Below, piece after piece: positions 32,734 to 42,692 of a stretch of DNA of 64,000 nt; the first letter of the stretch is position 1; each line of letters begins with the position of its first letter. The position numbers were made by a program, and so were the translations under genes. Where the stretch lies: contig CAVVYR010000008.1 in the NCBI GenBank assembly GCA_963752475.1, positions 448,001 to 512,000 of the forward strand, given 5' to 3'. Below the pieces are notes generated by a model. That model had not been told where the DNA came from, made no database searches, and was given only the letters and a program-made list of their open reading frames with translations. This DNA is from an uncultured Chloroflexia bacterium. GTDB taxonomy: Bacteria > Chloroflexota > Limnocylindria > Limnocylindrales > CSP1-4.

Positions 32734-34896
32734 TCACCGGCGCCATCCGAAGCGCCGTCTCGGCGGTTCATCGGCGGCCTCCTCGACCGACCGATCTGGC
32801 GCCTGTTCGGGGTCGGCGTCGGCGCGCACGCGGGTGTCAGGACCCTCGCTCTGGCGCATCGCGCCGTAGGGCACATCAGCCACGACCGTGTTGGGTCGGC
32901 CCACGAGGGCTTCGCGGATGCGATGCGCCTTCTGATTGTGCAGGATCCTGTCCCACCAGTGGCGTGGCACGTAGTCGGGCAGGACTACGATGGTGATGGT
33001 GTTCGGTGGCGTCGGGGCCATGACGTCGAGGTAGTGCAGGAATGGCAGCACCAGCGAGCGGTACGGCGTCTCGATGATGACCAGCGGGACCTCCGGGAGC
33101 ATGCGCTCCCAATCCACCCGTAGCTCCTCCGCGGCTTCTGCATCGACGGTGATGTGCACCGCGCGCACTTCGTCGGAGAGCGTGCGTCCGAACTGCACCG
33201 AGCGCACCACCGCGCGCGAGAGTGAGGGCACCGGGATGATCACGCGGGACCTCTTGGTGGGCGCGCCGTACACGCGCGATTTGTCCACCTCCAACTCCTT
33301 GGCCGCGGTGTCGTACTCGTGGTGGATGAACCACATGATCGCCACCAGCACCGGGATGAGCACGAGCACGAGCAGCGAGGCCGGCGCCTTGACCACGGCC
33401 ACATCGATGGCCACCAGCCCGGTGATGACGGCGCCGATGGCGTTGACCGTGAGCCGCCTGCGGTAGCCCGCGGGCCGCTCGCGGAGCCAGTGGCGGATCA
33501 TGCCCGTCTGGCTGATGGTGAAGTCGATGAACACGCCCACCGCGTAGAGCGGGATGAGGGCGTGGGTGTCGCCCCCGAAGACGACGATGAGGATCCCGGC
33601 CAACACACCCAGGACGACGATGCCGGCGGTGAAGGCCAGGCGGTCACCGCGGTAGGCGAAGCGACGGGGCATGAAGTTGTCCTCGGCCAGCACGGCCGAC
33701 AGGCGCGGGAAGGCGGAGAAGGAGGTGTTGGCCGCAAGCATGAGGATGATGGCGGCGAAGGTGAGGAAGAGATAGAACCCGATCGACTCGAGGCCGAAGA
33801 CGTTGCCGGCGACCTGGGACAGGACCGTGGCCTCCTCGTTGGGTATCACTGCATAGCCGGTAGCCAGGAAGGTGACGCCGATGAAGAGCACGCCCAGCAG
33901 CACGGCCATGACCGCCAGAGTGGAAGCGGCGTTCTTCGACTCAGGCGGCTCGAAGGCGGGCACGCCCGTGGCGATGGCCTCGGTCCCGGTGAGTGCGACC
34001 GCGCCGGAGGCGAACGCGCGCATAGCCAGCAGCAGCACGGCCACCGACGCCAGGTCCAGCGAGGATTCCCGGATGGCAGGGTAGGAGGCGCCGGCCCCCT
34101 GGACCAGGATCTGCCACGCACCCAGCACGATCATCAGCAGCGCCGTGCCCACGAAGAGGTAGGTCGGGACGGCGAAGATGTTGCCGGCCTCGCGCACGCC
34201 GCGGAGGTTGGCCATGGTGACGGCCGCGACCACGACCACCGCGATGAGCACCTGCCACTCGCCGAGCGTGGGGATGGCCGCCACGATCTGCTCCGAGGCT
34301 GAGGAGATGGAGACCGCGACCGTGAGCACATAGTCGATGAGCAGGGCCGCAGCAGCCACGAGCGAGGGCAGCTTGCCCAGGTTGGCCTTGGATACCGAGT
34401 ACGAACCACCGCCGCTGGGGTAGGCCACCACGACCTGCCGGTAGCTGATGGCCACGACGCCCAGCAGCAGGGCGATGCTGATGGCCACCGGCAGTGCCAG
34501 ATGCAACGCCGCCAGGCCGACGCCCGCGAGCAGCAGCGCACGCAGGATCTCCTCGGTGGCATAGGCGCTCGATGAGATGGCGTCCGAGCTGAAGATGGCC
34601 AGGGCCTTCTTCTTTGATAGGCGCTCGCCGATCTCCTCGGCCGTGGCCAGCGGGCGCCCGAAGAGCGTGCGTCGGACCGCGGCCATGGCCCGGCCCCGCG
34701 TCTCGACTTCCTCGTGCGCCTTGGGCCGCGCTTCGAGCGCGCCCGAGGGCGTGTAGCGGAAGTACTCGCTTCGCGTGCGCTCGACGCGGACGCGCCGGTT
34801 GCCCGGCTTCTGGCCGCTCAGGCCGGCGGGTCTGGCTGTCTGGGTCGTTCGCTCCAGGTCGGATGGCGGCGGTGCGCCACCCTTGTCACTCGTCAT
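32734..34896 (-). CDS. APC-family permease, KimA/YdaO-like K+ transporter (paralog 1)
   Basis: ALAIFSSDAISSSAYATEE, AYPSGGGSY, ALTGTEAI, LIPLYAVGVF, C-terminal PYRSLV..WW..LHNQ. Confidence 0.88.
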   Translation of the reverse strand: MTSDKGGAPPPSDLERTTQTARPAGLSGQKPGNRRVRVERTRSEYFRYTPSGALEARPKAHEEVETRGRAMAAVRRTLFGRPLATAEEIGERLSKKKALAIFSSDAISSSAYATEEILRALLLAGVGLAALHLALPVAISIALLLGVVAISYRQVVVAYPSGGGSYSVSKANLGKLPSLVAAAALLIDYVLTVAVSISSASEQIVAAIPTLGEWQVLIAVVVVAAVTMANLRGVREAGNIFAVPTYLFVGTALLMIVLGAWQILVQGAGASYPAIRESSLDLASVAVLLLAMRAFASGAVALTGTEAIATGVPAFEPPESKNAASTLAVMAVLLGVLFIGVTFLATGYAVIPNEEATVLSQVAGNVFGLESIGFYLFLTFAAIILMLAANTSFSAFPRLSAVLAEDNFMPRRFAYRGDRLAFTAGIVVLGVLAGILIVVFGGDTHALIPLYAVGVFIDFTISQTGMIRHWLRERPAGYRRRLTVNAIGAVITGLVAIDVAVVKAPASLLVLVLIPVLVAIMWFIHHEYDTAAKELEVDKSRVYGAPTKRSRVIIPVPSLSRAVVRSVQFGRTLSDEVRAVHITVDAEAAEELRVDWERMLPEVPLVIIETPYRSLVLPFLHYLDVMAPTPPNTITIVVLPDYVPRHWWDRILHNQKAHRIREALVGRPNTVVADVPYGAMRQSEGPDTRVRADADPEQAPDRSVEEAADEPPRRRFGWRR

Positions 34897-35110
34897 GGGT
34901 CATGGCCCGGCGCCAAGGCGCCTGGTGAACACGCGCTTCGGTGGGAGGCCGTGGCGCGCTCATCGTTCCTTCATCGAAGCCGGGGCTGCGCCCTGCACCG
35001 GTGGGGCGGATACGCATCGGCGGCTTTCGTTTCGAAACTATCCGTACAACAACGAAAGTGACAGGGGCACTTGGTCACGTGATACGGGCCGGATGGCGGG
35101 GCCGACGGCC

Positions 35111-37336
35111 CTACCTGGCGGCGTCGTCTTCGTGACCAGCCGCCTCGTCGGTCTCCTCCTGCGACGCCGTCGAAGCGTGCTCGCGGTTCTCGTCGCCGGA
35201 GCCATCACCGCGCGCGTCGTCGTTGCGGTGCCAGAGTCCACGGAAGCTGATGCCGGCGTGGCGGTGCTCGGAGCCGTAGGGCACGTCGGCCACGACCGTG
35301 TCAGGCCGTCCCACGAGCGCGTTCTTCAGCTGGTTGGCCGTCTGGTTGTAGAGGATACGATCCCAGAAGTGGCGCGGCACGTACTCGGGCAGGACCACGA
35401 TGGTGATGGTGTCCTCGTCCGTTGGCGCCATCACATCGAGGTAGTGCAGGAACGGCGTCACCAGTGAGCGGAACGGCGTCTCCACGATGACCAGGGGCAC
35501 GCCCGGCAGTGCCCTCTCCCACTCCCCGCGCAGTTTCTCGCCCTCGTCGAGATCGGAGGTGATGAGCACCGCCTTGACGTCGTCGCTCAGCGAGCGGCCG
35601 AATTGGACCGACTGCACCGACGCGCGCGAGAGGCTCATGACCGGGATGATCACGCGGTTGTCCTTGCGCGGCGCGTCGAAGACCTGGTCAGGATTGAGCT
35701 CGAGATCGCTGCCCACGGTGTCGTACTCGCGCCGGATGAACCACATGACCATGACCTGGACGGGCAGGACCACCAGCACCAGCAGGGACTCCGGCGCCTT
35801 GGAGATGATCACCGACACGAGGATGATTCCGGTGATGACCGCACCGAACGCGTTGATCACGAGCCGGACGCCCCAGCCCGGCGTCTTGTTGCGCAGCCAG
35901 TGCAGGACCATGCCCGACTGGCTGATGGTGAAGTCGGTGAAGATGGCCGTGGCGTAGATCGGGATGAGCGTGGTCGTGCTGCCGCCGAAGGCCACGATGA
36001 GCACCGCTGCCATCACGCCCAGCACGACGATGCCGAGGGTGTAGGCCAGGCGCTCACCGCGGAACGAGAACGCCCGCGGGAAGAAGCCGTCGCTGGCCAG
36101 CACCGAGGCCAGCACCGGGAAGGCTGCGAACGAGGTGTTGGCGGCGAGGATGAGGATGAGCGTGGTGAACGTGAGGAAGAGGAAGAAGCCGATCGAGCCC
36201 ACGCCGAAGACCGCCTCGGCCGACTGGGCGATGATCGTGGTCTCATCGTTGGGGATGAGGCCGTAGCCGTTGGCCAGGAACGTGATGCCGATGAAGAGGG
36301 TGCCCAGGATGACCGACATCACGGCCAGGGTCGTGGCCGCGTTCCGGGCCTCGGGCGGTCTGAAGGCGGGCACGCCGGTGGCGATGGCCTCGGTGCCGGT
36401 CAGGCCGACCGAGCCGGCCGAGAAGGCCCGCACGGCCAGCAGCACCAGCGCCAGGCTGCTCATGTCTGCGGTCGCACCAGACAGCGAGGGGTAGGCCGCG
36501 TCCACTCCCTGGACCATGATCTGATACGCGCCCAGGCCGATCATCAGCAGGGCCATGCCCAGGAAGAGGTAGGTCGGGATGGCGAAGATGTTGCCCGCCT
36601 CACGCAGGCCGCGGAGGTTGCCGAGGGTGATGAGGAAGACGGCACCGACCGCGATGAACGTCTTCCAGTCGGCCAGGGCCGGCGCGGCCGAGGCGATCTG
36701 GTCCGAGGCTGACGACACCGACACCGCCACCGTCAGCACATAGCCCACGAGCAGGGCGCTGGCGGCGACCAGCGAGGGGATCTTGCCGAAGGTCGCCTTG
36801 GAGACCGAGTACGAGCCGCCGCCGGTGGGGTAGGCCATCACGATCATGCGGTAGGAGAGCGCCACGACGCCGAGCAGGACGGCCAGGGCGATCGAGACCG
36901 GCAGCGACAGCGAGAGATAGCCGTAGCCGACCCCGGCGGTGGCACCGGCCAGGACCAGCGCGCGCAGGATCTCCTCGGTGGCATAGGCACTCGAGGAGAT
37001 CGCGTCCGAGCTGAAGATGGCCAGCGCCTTCTTCTTGGGCAGGCGCTCCTCGCCCTCTTCCTCAGAGGCCAGCGGGCGGCCGAAGAGCACGCGCCGAGCC
37101 GCAGCCAGGCCACGACCCAGCGGGCGCTTCTCCTCGTGGGCCTTGGGTCGGGCCACGAGCGTGTCCTTGGCGGCGTAGCGGAAGTACTCCGCCTGTGGAC
37201 GTTCCACCCGGACGCGGCGGTCGCCGAGCTTGCGCCCCCTCAGGCTCGCGTGCCGGGATGCGGGGCTGCTGGAGCGACTGCTGTCGCCTCCACCTCCACC
37301 ATCGTCGTCGCCGTTGCCGCGGCGTTCGTCGGCCAT
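35111..37336 (-). CDS. APC-family permease, KimA/YdaO-like K+ transporter (paralog 2)
   Basis: Same motif set: SSDAISSSAYATEE, GLTGTEAI, PFRSLV..LYNQ. Confidence 0.88.
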   Translation of the reverse strand: MADERRGNGDDDGGGGGDSSRSSSPASRHASLRGRKLGDRRVRVERPQAEYFRYAAKDTLVARPKAHEEKRPLGRGLAAARRVLFGRPLASEEEGEERLPKKKALAIFSSDAISSSAYATEEILRALVLAGATAGVGYGYLSLSLPVSIALAVLLGVVALSYRMIVMAYPTGGGSYSVSKATFGKIPSLVAASALLVGYVLTVAVSVSSASDQIASAAPALADWKTFIAVGAVFLITLGNLRGLREAGNIFAIPTYLFLGMALLMIGLGAYQIMVQGVDAAYPSLSGATADMSSLALVLLAVRAFSAGSVGLTGTEAIATGVPAFRPPEARNAATTLAVMSVILGTLFIGITFLANGYGLIPNDETTIIAQSAEAVFGVGSIGFFLFLTFTTLILILAANTSFAAFPVLASVLASDGFFPRAFSFRGERLAYTLGIVVLGVMAAVLIVAFGGSTTTLIPIYATAIFTDFTISQSGMVLHWLRNKTPGWGVRLVINAFGAVITGIILVSVIISKAPESLLVLVVLPVQVMVMWFIRREYDTVGSDLELNPDQVFDAPRKDNRVIIPVMSLSRASVQSVQFGRSLSDDVKAVLITSDLDEGEKLRGEWERALPGVPLVIVETPFRSLVTPFLHYLDVMAPTDEDTITIVVLPEYVPRHFWDRILYNQTANQLKNALVGRPDTVVADVPYGSEHRHAGISFRGLWHRNDDARGDGSGDENREHASTASQEETDEAAGHEDDAAR

Positions 37337-37342
37337 ACCCGG

Positions 37343-38065
37343 CTAGACCCCCATCTCGAGTCGGTCGGCCAGGCGGCCCGGCAGCTTGGTGGCACGGATA
37401 GCGTCCTGCGTGGCCTCGATGTCGTAGTCGAAGCGCAGCCACTCGACTTCCGCGGACGCCGTATCGATGGTCATGGCGCAGGCGCGCGGGTCGCCATCCC
37501 GCGGCTGGCCCACCGAGCCAGGGTTGAGGATGCAGCGGCGTGCATCGAGCGTGAGCCTGGCCTCATCCTCGGCCAGGAGTGCCTCCACCTGACCGTCGTC
37601 GTCGCGGAACGTGAGTTGGTGGTGGGTGTGGCCCACGATGCAGTAGGGCGTCTCGAAGGCAGCCAGGTTGATGCGCGCGGCGGGCACCGAGAAGAGGTAC
37701 TCCCAGAGGGGGTCGCGCGGGCTGCCGTGCGCGAGCGTGAAGTCACCCTCGACGCGCGTCTCCGGCAGCTCGGCCAGCCAGTCGAGGTTGGCCGGCTTCA
37801 TCTTCTCGGCCGTCCACTCGACAGCCGCCTTGGCCAAGTCGTTGAACGTGCCCGTGGGGATCCGCCCCAGGACGGCGGCGTCATGGTTGCCCTGGACGGC
37901 GACCACATCGAGTTCGGACAGTCGCTCCACGACCTCGTCGGGATGCGGTCCGTAGCCCACGATGTCGCCCAGGACCCACAGTTGGTCGAAGGTGCGGACG
38001 GCCTCGAGGGCGGCCTCGAGGGCAGGGGCATTGGAGTGGATGTCCGAGAGGACCGCGACGCGCAT
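37343..38065 (-). CDS. Metallophosphoesterase (YfcE/MJ0936-like)
   Basis: SDIHSN, LGDIVGYG, GNHD, HGSP, GHTH, NPGSVGQPRD. Confidence 0.92.
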   Translation of the reverse strand: MRVAVLSDIHSNAPALEAALEAVRTFDQLWVLGDIVGYGPHPDEVVERLSELDVVAVQGNHDAAVLGRIPTGTFNDLAKAAVEWTAEKMKPANLDWLAELPETRVEGDFTLAHGSPRDPLWEYLFSVPAARINLAAFETPYCIVGHTHHQLTFRDDDGQVEALLAEDEARLTLDARRCILNPGSVGQPRDGDPRACAMTIDTASAEVEWLRFDYDIEATQDAIRATKLPGRLADRLEMGV

Positions 38066-38133
38066 CGGCGCGAGCGTAGCAGGGCGCACGATGCCGCGAG
38101 CCGTGCGCGTCGCAGCCGCCCGATCGGCACCGT

Positions 38134-38982
38134 TCAGCGCTTCCTCCGGCGCCGCACACCGGCTGGGCGCGGATAGGCCCCCGGCGTCGTGCGCTCCTTG
38201 GGCACCACCACCAGGCGATGGTCCGCCAGCGACGGCGCCTGCACCGGAACCACGCGAGGCCGACCGGCTCCAGCGGCTCGGATGATGGAGCCGGCGCCCT
38301 GCAGTTCGGCCCGTAGTCCACCGCGCTCCTCCTCGCGCTTCCAGACCACGACGGCGCCGCCGACCCTCGTCAGTGGCAGGCTCAGCTCCAGCACCTCAGC
38401 GAGGGAGCCGACAGCGCGCGAGACGACGACGTCCCAGGCTTCGCGCACCTCCTCGATCTCGGCCACGGCCTCGGCTCGCTCACCGATGGCTTCGATCTGC
38501 ACGGCCGCCTCGGGATCGTCCACTGCATCGGCCAGGATGGCGGACACGGCGTCACCAGCGACCTCGAGGAAGCGGGCCTTCTTGCCCACCGAGTCCAGCA
38601 GTGAGACGCCGCCCAGCGGCAGGGCCGCCGCCAGGGGCAGCCCCGGGTAGCCGCCACCACTGCCGATGTCCAGCAGGCTCACGCCGGGCCGCACCAGCGG
38701 CTCCAGGACCGGTACCGCGCTGAGGGCGTCGCAGACATGGCGCAGCGCCATGGCCTCGGGGTCTCGGATGGCGGTGAGGTTGATAGCGCGGTTCCAGTCG
38801 CGCAGCAGCCGGGCGTGGGCCTCGTACGTGCGGCGCGCGAGGGCCGAGCCGGCGCGCGTATCAAGCAGGTCCAGTTCGGTCAGCCCGGCCTCGAGGGCGG
38901 CCTCGAAGGCCTCGCCCATGGGTTCCAGGGTCGCAGGGTCGGTGGGAAGCTCGCGGCGCCGCGGGGCAGCGGGTTCGGTCAA
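38134..38982 (-). CDS. rsmG: 16S rRNA m7G527 methyltransferase
   Basis: WNRAINLTA, HVCDAL, LDIGSGGGYPGLP, KKARFL, SRAV, YPR. Confidence 0.94.
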   Translation of the reverse strand: MTEPAAPRRRELPTDPATLEPMGEAFEAALEAGLTELDLLDTRAGSALARRTYEAHARLLRDWNRAINLTAIRDPEAMALRHVCDALSAVPVLEPLVRPGVSLLDIGSGGGYPGLPLAAALPLGGVSLLDSVGKKARFLEVAGDAVSAILADAVDDPEAAVQIEAIGERAEAVAEIEEVREAWDVVVSRAVGSLAEVLELSLPLTRVGGAVVVWKREEERGGLRAELQGAGSIIRAAGAGRPRVVPVQAPSLADHRLVVVPKERTTPGAYPRPAGVRRRRKR

Positions 38983-39042
38983 GGCAGGATTCCCCAGGAG
39001 ATGATCGGTGATCGGTCAGGGCGCGATCGTGACCGAGACACG

Positions 39043-39217
39043 AAAAGTGCGCCGGAAGCGACCCTCCTCATGGCCGGTTCGCGGTCGTCGTCGCGAACAC
39101 GGTACCCGGGCCAAAGCCGCTCCCGGCGCTGGAACGTTCCTCGCACCCGTCGGCGTTTCGGTCTTCCGACACCCGGACGGTCGTCGCGTATGGATCTCTC
39201 CATACATCGTCACGGGC
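39043..39217 (-). ncRNA. Candidate structured leader/sRNA upstream of rsmG
   Basis: GAGA-tetraloop hairpin 39188-39205; 17-bp G-U-containing stem pairing 39113-39129 with 39049-39065, followed by ACUUUU. Confidence 0.4.
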
Positions 39218-39313
39218 GGCGTTACCGTACTCCGCCGCTGCACGACACCACGTAGGGCACCGCGTGGTGCAGGAAGGGCAGTGTCCGCAGCCATGAGCGG
39301 GCCGTCAAGCGGG

Positions 39314-39396
39314 TTATCCACGATTCACGGTGCCTACTGGCACCACTGTGGAAAACCCGGCTCTGACGGTGGATAAGCCCCCGCGCCGGTGGACAT
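39314..39396. promoter_or_regulatory. Cluster of DnaA-box-like 9-mers
   Basis: TTATCCACG (39314), TGTGGAAAA (39347), GGTGGATAA (39368), GGTGGACAT (39388) compared with consensus TTWTNCACA. Confidence 0.6.
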
Positions 39397-39409
39397 CGGT
39401 GCCGATCGG

Positions 39410-39769
39410 TCAGGCGTCGGAGTTGCGGCTGGTGCTGCGCGCCGGACGGCCCATCCCGCGGCGCACCACGTCCATGACCTCCGAGGTGGCGGTGTCAGGG
39501 TCGCCGCTCTTGGCGGCCGATGTGACGCAACCCTGGACGTGGTCCTCCATCAGCAGCATGGTCACCGAGTCGACCGCGGCTCGCAGGGCTGCGGTCTGCT
39601 GCAGGATGTCGACGCAGTCCTCGTCCCGCTCGATCATGCGCGACACACCCCGGACCTGGCCCTCCATGCGTGCCAGCCGACGCAGCACCTGTTCACGCGA
39701 GCCCCCGTAGGGTCGCGTCTGGGGCGCTGTCCGACTTCGCCGCTTGCCTGCGCTGGAGCTGCCGCTCAC
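39410..39769 (-). CDS. csoR: CsoR/RcnR-family metal-sensing repressor
   Basis: RRLARMEGQVRGV..DCVDILQQ..EDHVQGCV (Cys-His-Cys); GTG start after GGGAG. Confidence 0.88.
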   Translation of the reverse strand: MSGSSSAGKRRSRTAPQTRPYGGSREQVLRRLARMEGQVRGVSRMIERDEDCVDILQQTAALRAAVDSVTMLLMEDHVQGCVTSAAKSGDPDTATSEVMDVVRRGMGRPARSTSRNSDA

Positions 39770-39790
39770 CGCTGTCTCCCATACCGATCG

Positions 39791-39808
39791 ATACTGGGTG
39801 GGAGTATA
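39791..39808 (-). promoter_or_regulatory. CsoR-type operator overlapping a -10 element
   Basis: ATACT-GGGTGGG-AGTAT inverted repeat around a G-tract; TATACT on the minus strand at 39803-39808. Confidence 0.65.
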
Positions 39809-39822
39809 TCGAACGCGACCGA

Positions 39823-40241
39823 CTACGGCGCTGGCGGCTTCTCGGCGAAGAGCTCGAGGACGCCCCAGGTCGCGACGGCCATGCCCACGACGGCCAGCCA
39901 CAGTCCCGGTGCATCGAGCGGCGTGAGACGGTACTGCTCCTCGCCTCCGAGGAGGTCGATGATCGCCACCGCCAACCCGCCGATACCCACCACCAGGAGG
40001 GCCAGGAACGTGACCGGTCGGTCGAGCGTGACCTGTCGCGTCTCGGTGGTGAATGGCAGCACGATGAGCGCCAGCATCAGCACAGCGGCGATGAACATGA
40101 CCACGCCTGGGCCGGCGAAGCCCCACTCGGTGCTCACCGGCAGCACGATGCCTCCCGCCGTCTGCCAGGCCAGGAACATGGAGATGATGCCGAGCACCGC
40201 GCCGATCGCGATGAGCGAGCGGCCTCGGCCGAGACCTCGCC

Positions 40242-40245
<4 letters not shown>
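39823..40245 (-). CDS. Hypothetical membrane protein (4 TM)
   Basis: Four hydrophobic segments; start overlaps the hpt stop. Confidence 0.75.
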
Positions 40246-40799
<554 letters not shown>

Positions 40800-40846
40800 G
40801 CGCTCCGCTCCTCCTTCGTGGCTTGGGTGGCGCGCTCCGGGCGCGG

Positions 40847-41272
40847 TCAGTGGTTGCGCGGCTGCGTGGGCGCGGCTCCCGAGGCATCGGCCGCGACGAC
40901 CTTCTTGGGCGGGGGCTGGCCCTCGATACCGATGAGCGAGGCGGCCGCATCGAGGCGACCGTACTTGAGCATCAGCGCCTTGAAGTCGCGAGCGTAGAAC
41001 AGCTTGATCCTGATCATGGGGTAGAGCTCGCGCAGATGCCGCAACTTGCGGTTCTTCTTGCGCACGAGGCTCTGCTTGAGCGTGGTCAGCTCGACGTAGA
41101 GCTCCAGCTCCGGCAGATAGAAGTCCGGCGCGAACGACTCCACCACCATGCCCTCCGTGTTCCAGCGGATGGGGAAGGTGTGCGGCTCGTACTCCCACTC
41201 GACCTTGTAGTAGTCGAGGATGCGGGCCAGCTCGCCTTCGCTGGCGTGGGCGAAGTGGGGAGTCGCGGTCAA
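40847..41272 (-). CDS. Hypothetical protein with a PD-(D/E)xK-like nuclease fold
   Basis: SE..ARILD..WEYEP..FAPDFYLP..YVELTT. Confidence 0.7.
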   Translation of the reverse strand: MTATPHFAHASEGELARILDYYKVEWEYEPHTFPIRWNTEGMVVESFAPDFYLPELELYVELTTLKQSLVRKKNRKLRHLRELYPMIRIKLFYARDFKALMLKYGRLDAAASLIGIEGQPPPKKVVAADASGAAPTQPRNH

Positions 41273-41628
41273 CGCGCCTCACCATCGAAGCGAGCGATGA
41301 GCTGATGCACGTCGCCCTCGAAGTCATCGAGCAGGTGGTGGACGTCAAGCACGTCATCCGCTGTCACGGGCCCGCCATCTGGGGCCGCGTCCGGATCGGG
41401 CTCCTCCACGCGCACGAGCTCACCACCCTCGAGGGTGGCGCTGTCGCCATCGATCTGGATGGTCACGATGGCCACGGCCTGCGAGCCGCAGTGATCGCAT
41501 GACAGATCCACGAAGAAGAGCTCCTCACGCTGGGCGATGAGACGGATGTGTCCCTGGCCGTAGGCCTGTCCGCATGCCGCACAGCCGAAGGACGCAAGCT
41601 CGCTCGTCAACCAACTCTCAGCGTCCAT
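41269..41628 (-). CDS. Small zinc-ribbon protein
   Basis: CAAC..CDHC pairs; acidic C-terminus DDVLDVHHLL. Confidence 0.75.
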   Translation of the reverse strand: MDAESWLTSELASFGCAACGQAYGQGHIRLIAQREELFFVDLSCDHCGSQAVAIVTIQIDGDSATLEGGELVRVEEPDPDAAPDGGPVTADDVLDVHHLLDDFEGDVHQLIARFDGEAR

Positions 41629-41769
41629 GTCCTCAGTCTATCGGCAGTGTCATGCGGGGACGTTGCGTCGGTGTTGCCATTGGGGTCCGATTCGCGAATC
41701 GGCGTGTCGGGCTTGTTCATGCGTGGTATACCGAGGCGACCCAAGAGAAACAGAGGAGGAGTCACTCGC

Positions 41770-42618
41770 ATGGGTTCATTCAGGAAGGGTGCTGTCGCCA
41801 TCGGTGCGGCGGCCGTCCTCGCCGTCTCCGCGGTCGCACCGATGGCCGCGCAGGACGCCGATCATCTCCAGCGGGTCATGGACAAGGGCATCGTCGTGAT
41901 GTCGACCGACCCGCTGTACCCGCCGCAGTCGTTCCTCGATGACGACGGTGAGATCGTCGGCTTCGACCTCGATGTCGGGCAGGCCATCGCTGACAAGCTG
42001 GGCGTGCAGTTCGTGCCCACGCCGACGCCGTGGGCCGTGGTGGCCTCCGGGCGCTGGGCCGATCGCATGGACTTCAGCGTCGGCTCCATGACCATCACGC
42101 CCGAACGCCAGGAGTCGATCGACTTCACCCGGCCGTATCGCTACGACACCGCCGGTGTGGCGCTGCGCGAAGGCGTCGAGGCCGACAGCCTCGAGGGCCT
42201 GACCGTCTGCGTCGGCGAGGCCACGACGTACTTCGACTGGCTCAACGGGACGCTCACGCTGGCCGAGGGCACCGGAGCCTTCGCCACCGATCCGCCCGCC
42301 AACGTCAACGTCGTGACTCGCGAGACCGACCGCAACTGCGCCGACGAGTGGGCCTCCGGCCGCGCCGACGCCGACGCCTGGGTGACGTCCGAGCAGACCA
42401 TCGCACAGGCGGTGGAAGAGGGCCTGCCCGTCGTGCCCATCGGCGAGGCCGTGTTCGGCGAGCCGCTGGCCGTCGCCTTCGACAACTCCGTCGAGGACAA
42501 CGACTCCCTCGTGGCGCGCGTCGACGAGATCGTCGGCGAGCTGCGCGACGAGGGCGTGCTGACCGAGCTATCGGAGAAGTGGTACGGGGTGGACCTGACC
42601 ACGCCTCCCACCGAGTGA
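41770..42618 (+). CDS. Polar amino-acid ABC transporter substrate-binding protein
   Basis: Signal peptide; YPPQSF..GFDLDV, SMTITPER, LSEKWYG; [12 protein letters not shown]. Confidence 0.92.
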   Translation: MGSFRKGAVAIGAAAVLAVSAVAPMAAQDADHLQRVMDKGIVVMSTDPLYPPQSFLDDDGEIVGFDLDVGQAIADKLGVQFVPTPTPWAVVASGRWADRMDFSVGSMTITPERQESIDFTRPYRYDTAGVALREGVEADSLEGLTVCVGEATTYFDWLNGTLTLAEGTGAFATDPPANVNVVTRETDRNCADEWASGRADADAWVTSEQTIAQAVEEGLPVVPIGEAVFGEPLAVAFDNSVEDNDSLVARVDEIVGELRDEGVLTELSEKWYGVDLTTPPTE

Positions 42619-42647
42619 CGCATCAGCATCGGCGCTAGCCGGCAATC

Positions 42648-42672
42648 GAGGGGGCGCCTTGAGCGCCCCCTC
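42648..42672 (+). terminator. Intra-operonic stem-loop after the binding-protein gene
   Basis: GAGGGGGCGC-cttga-GCGCCCCCTC. Confidence 0.6.
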
Positions 42673-42692
42673 TCGCCGTATCCGGGGGCTCC

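Noticed and set aside
34897-35110. c-di-AMP (ydaO) riboswitch before the KimA-like gene
   Set aside because: Conserved elements such as GAAUCC and GUCAGCUAAC were not found
39130-39205. Glycine riboswitch, T-box or parS upstream of rsmG
   Set aside because: GGAGAGA and CGCCGACGG resemble the glycine aptamer but CUCUCAGG and P1 pairing are missing; there is no T-box UGGnACC in context; GGAACGTTCC is not the parS palindrome
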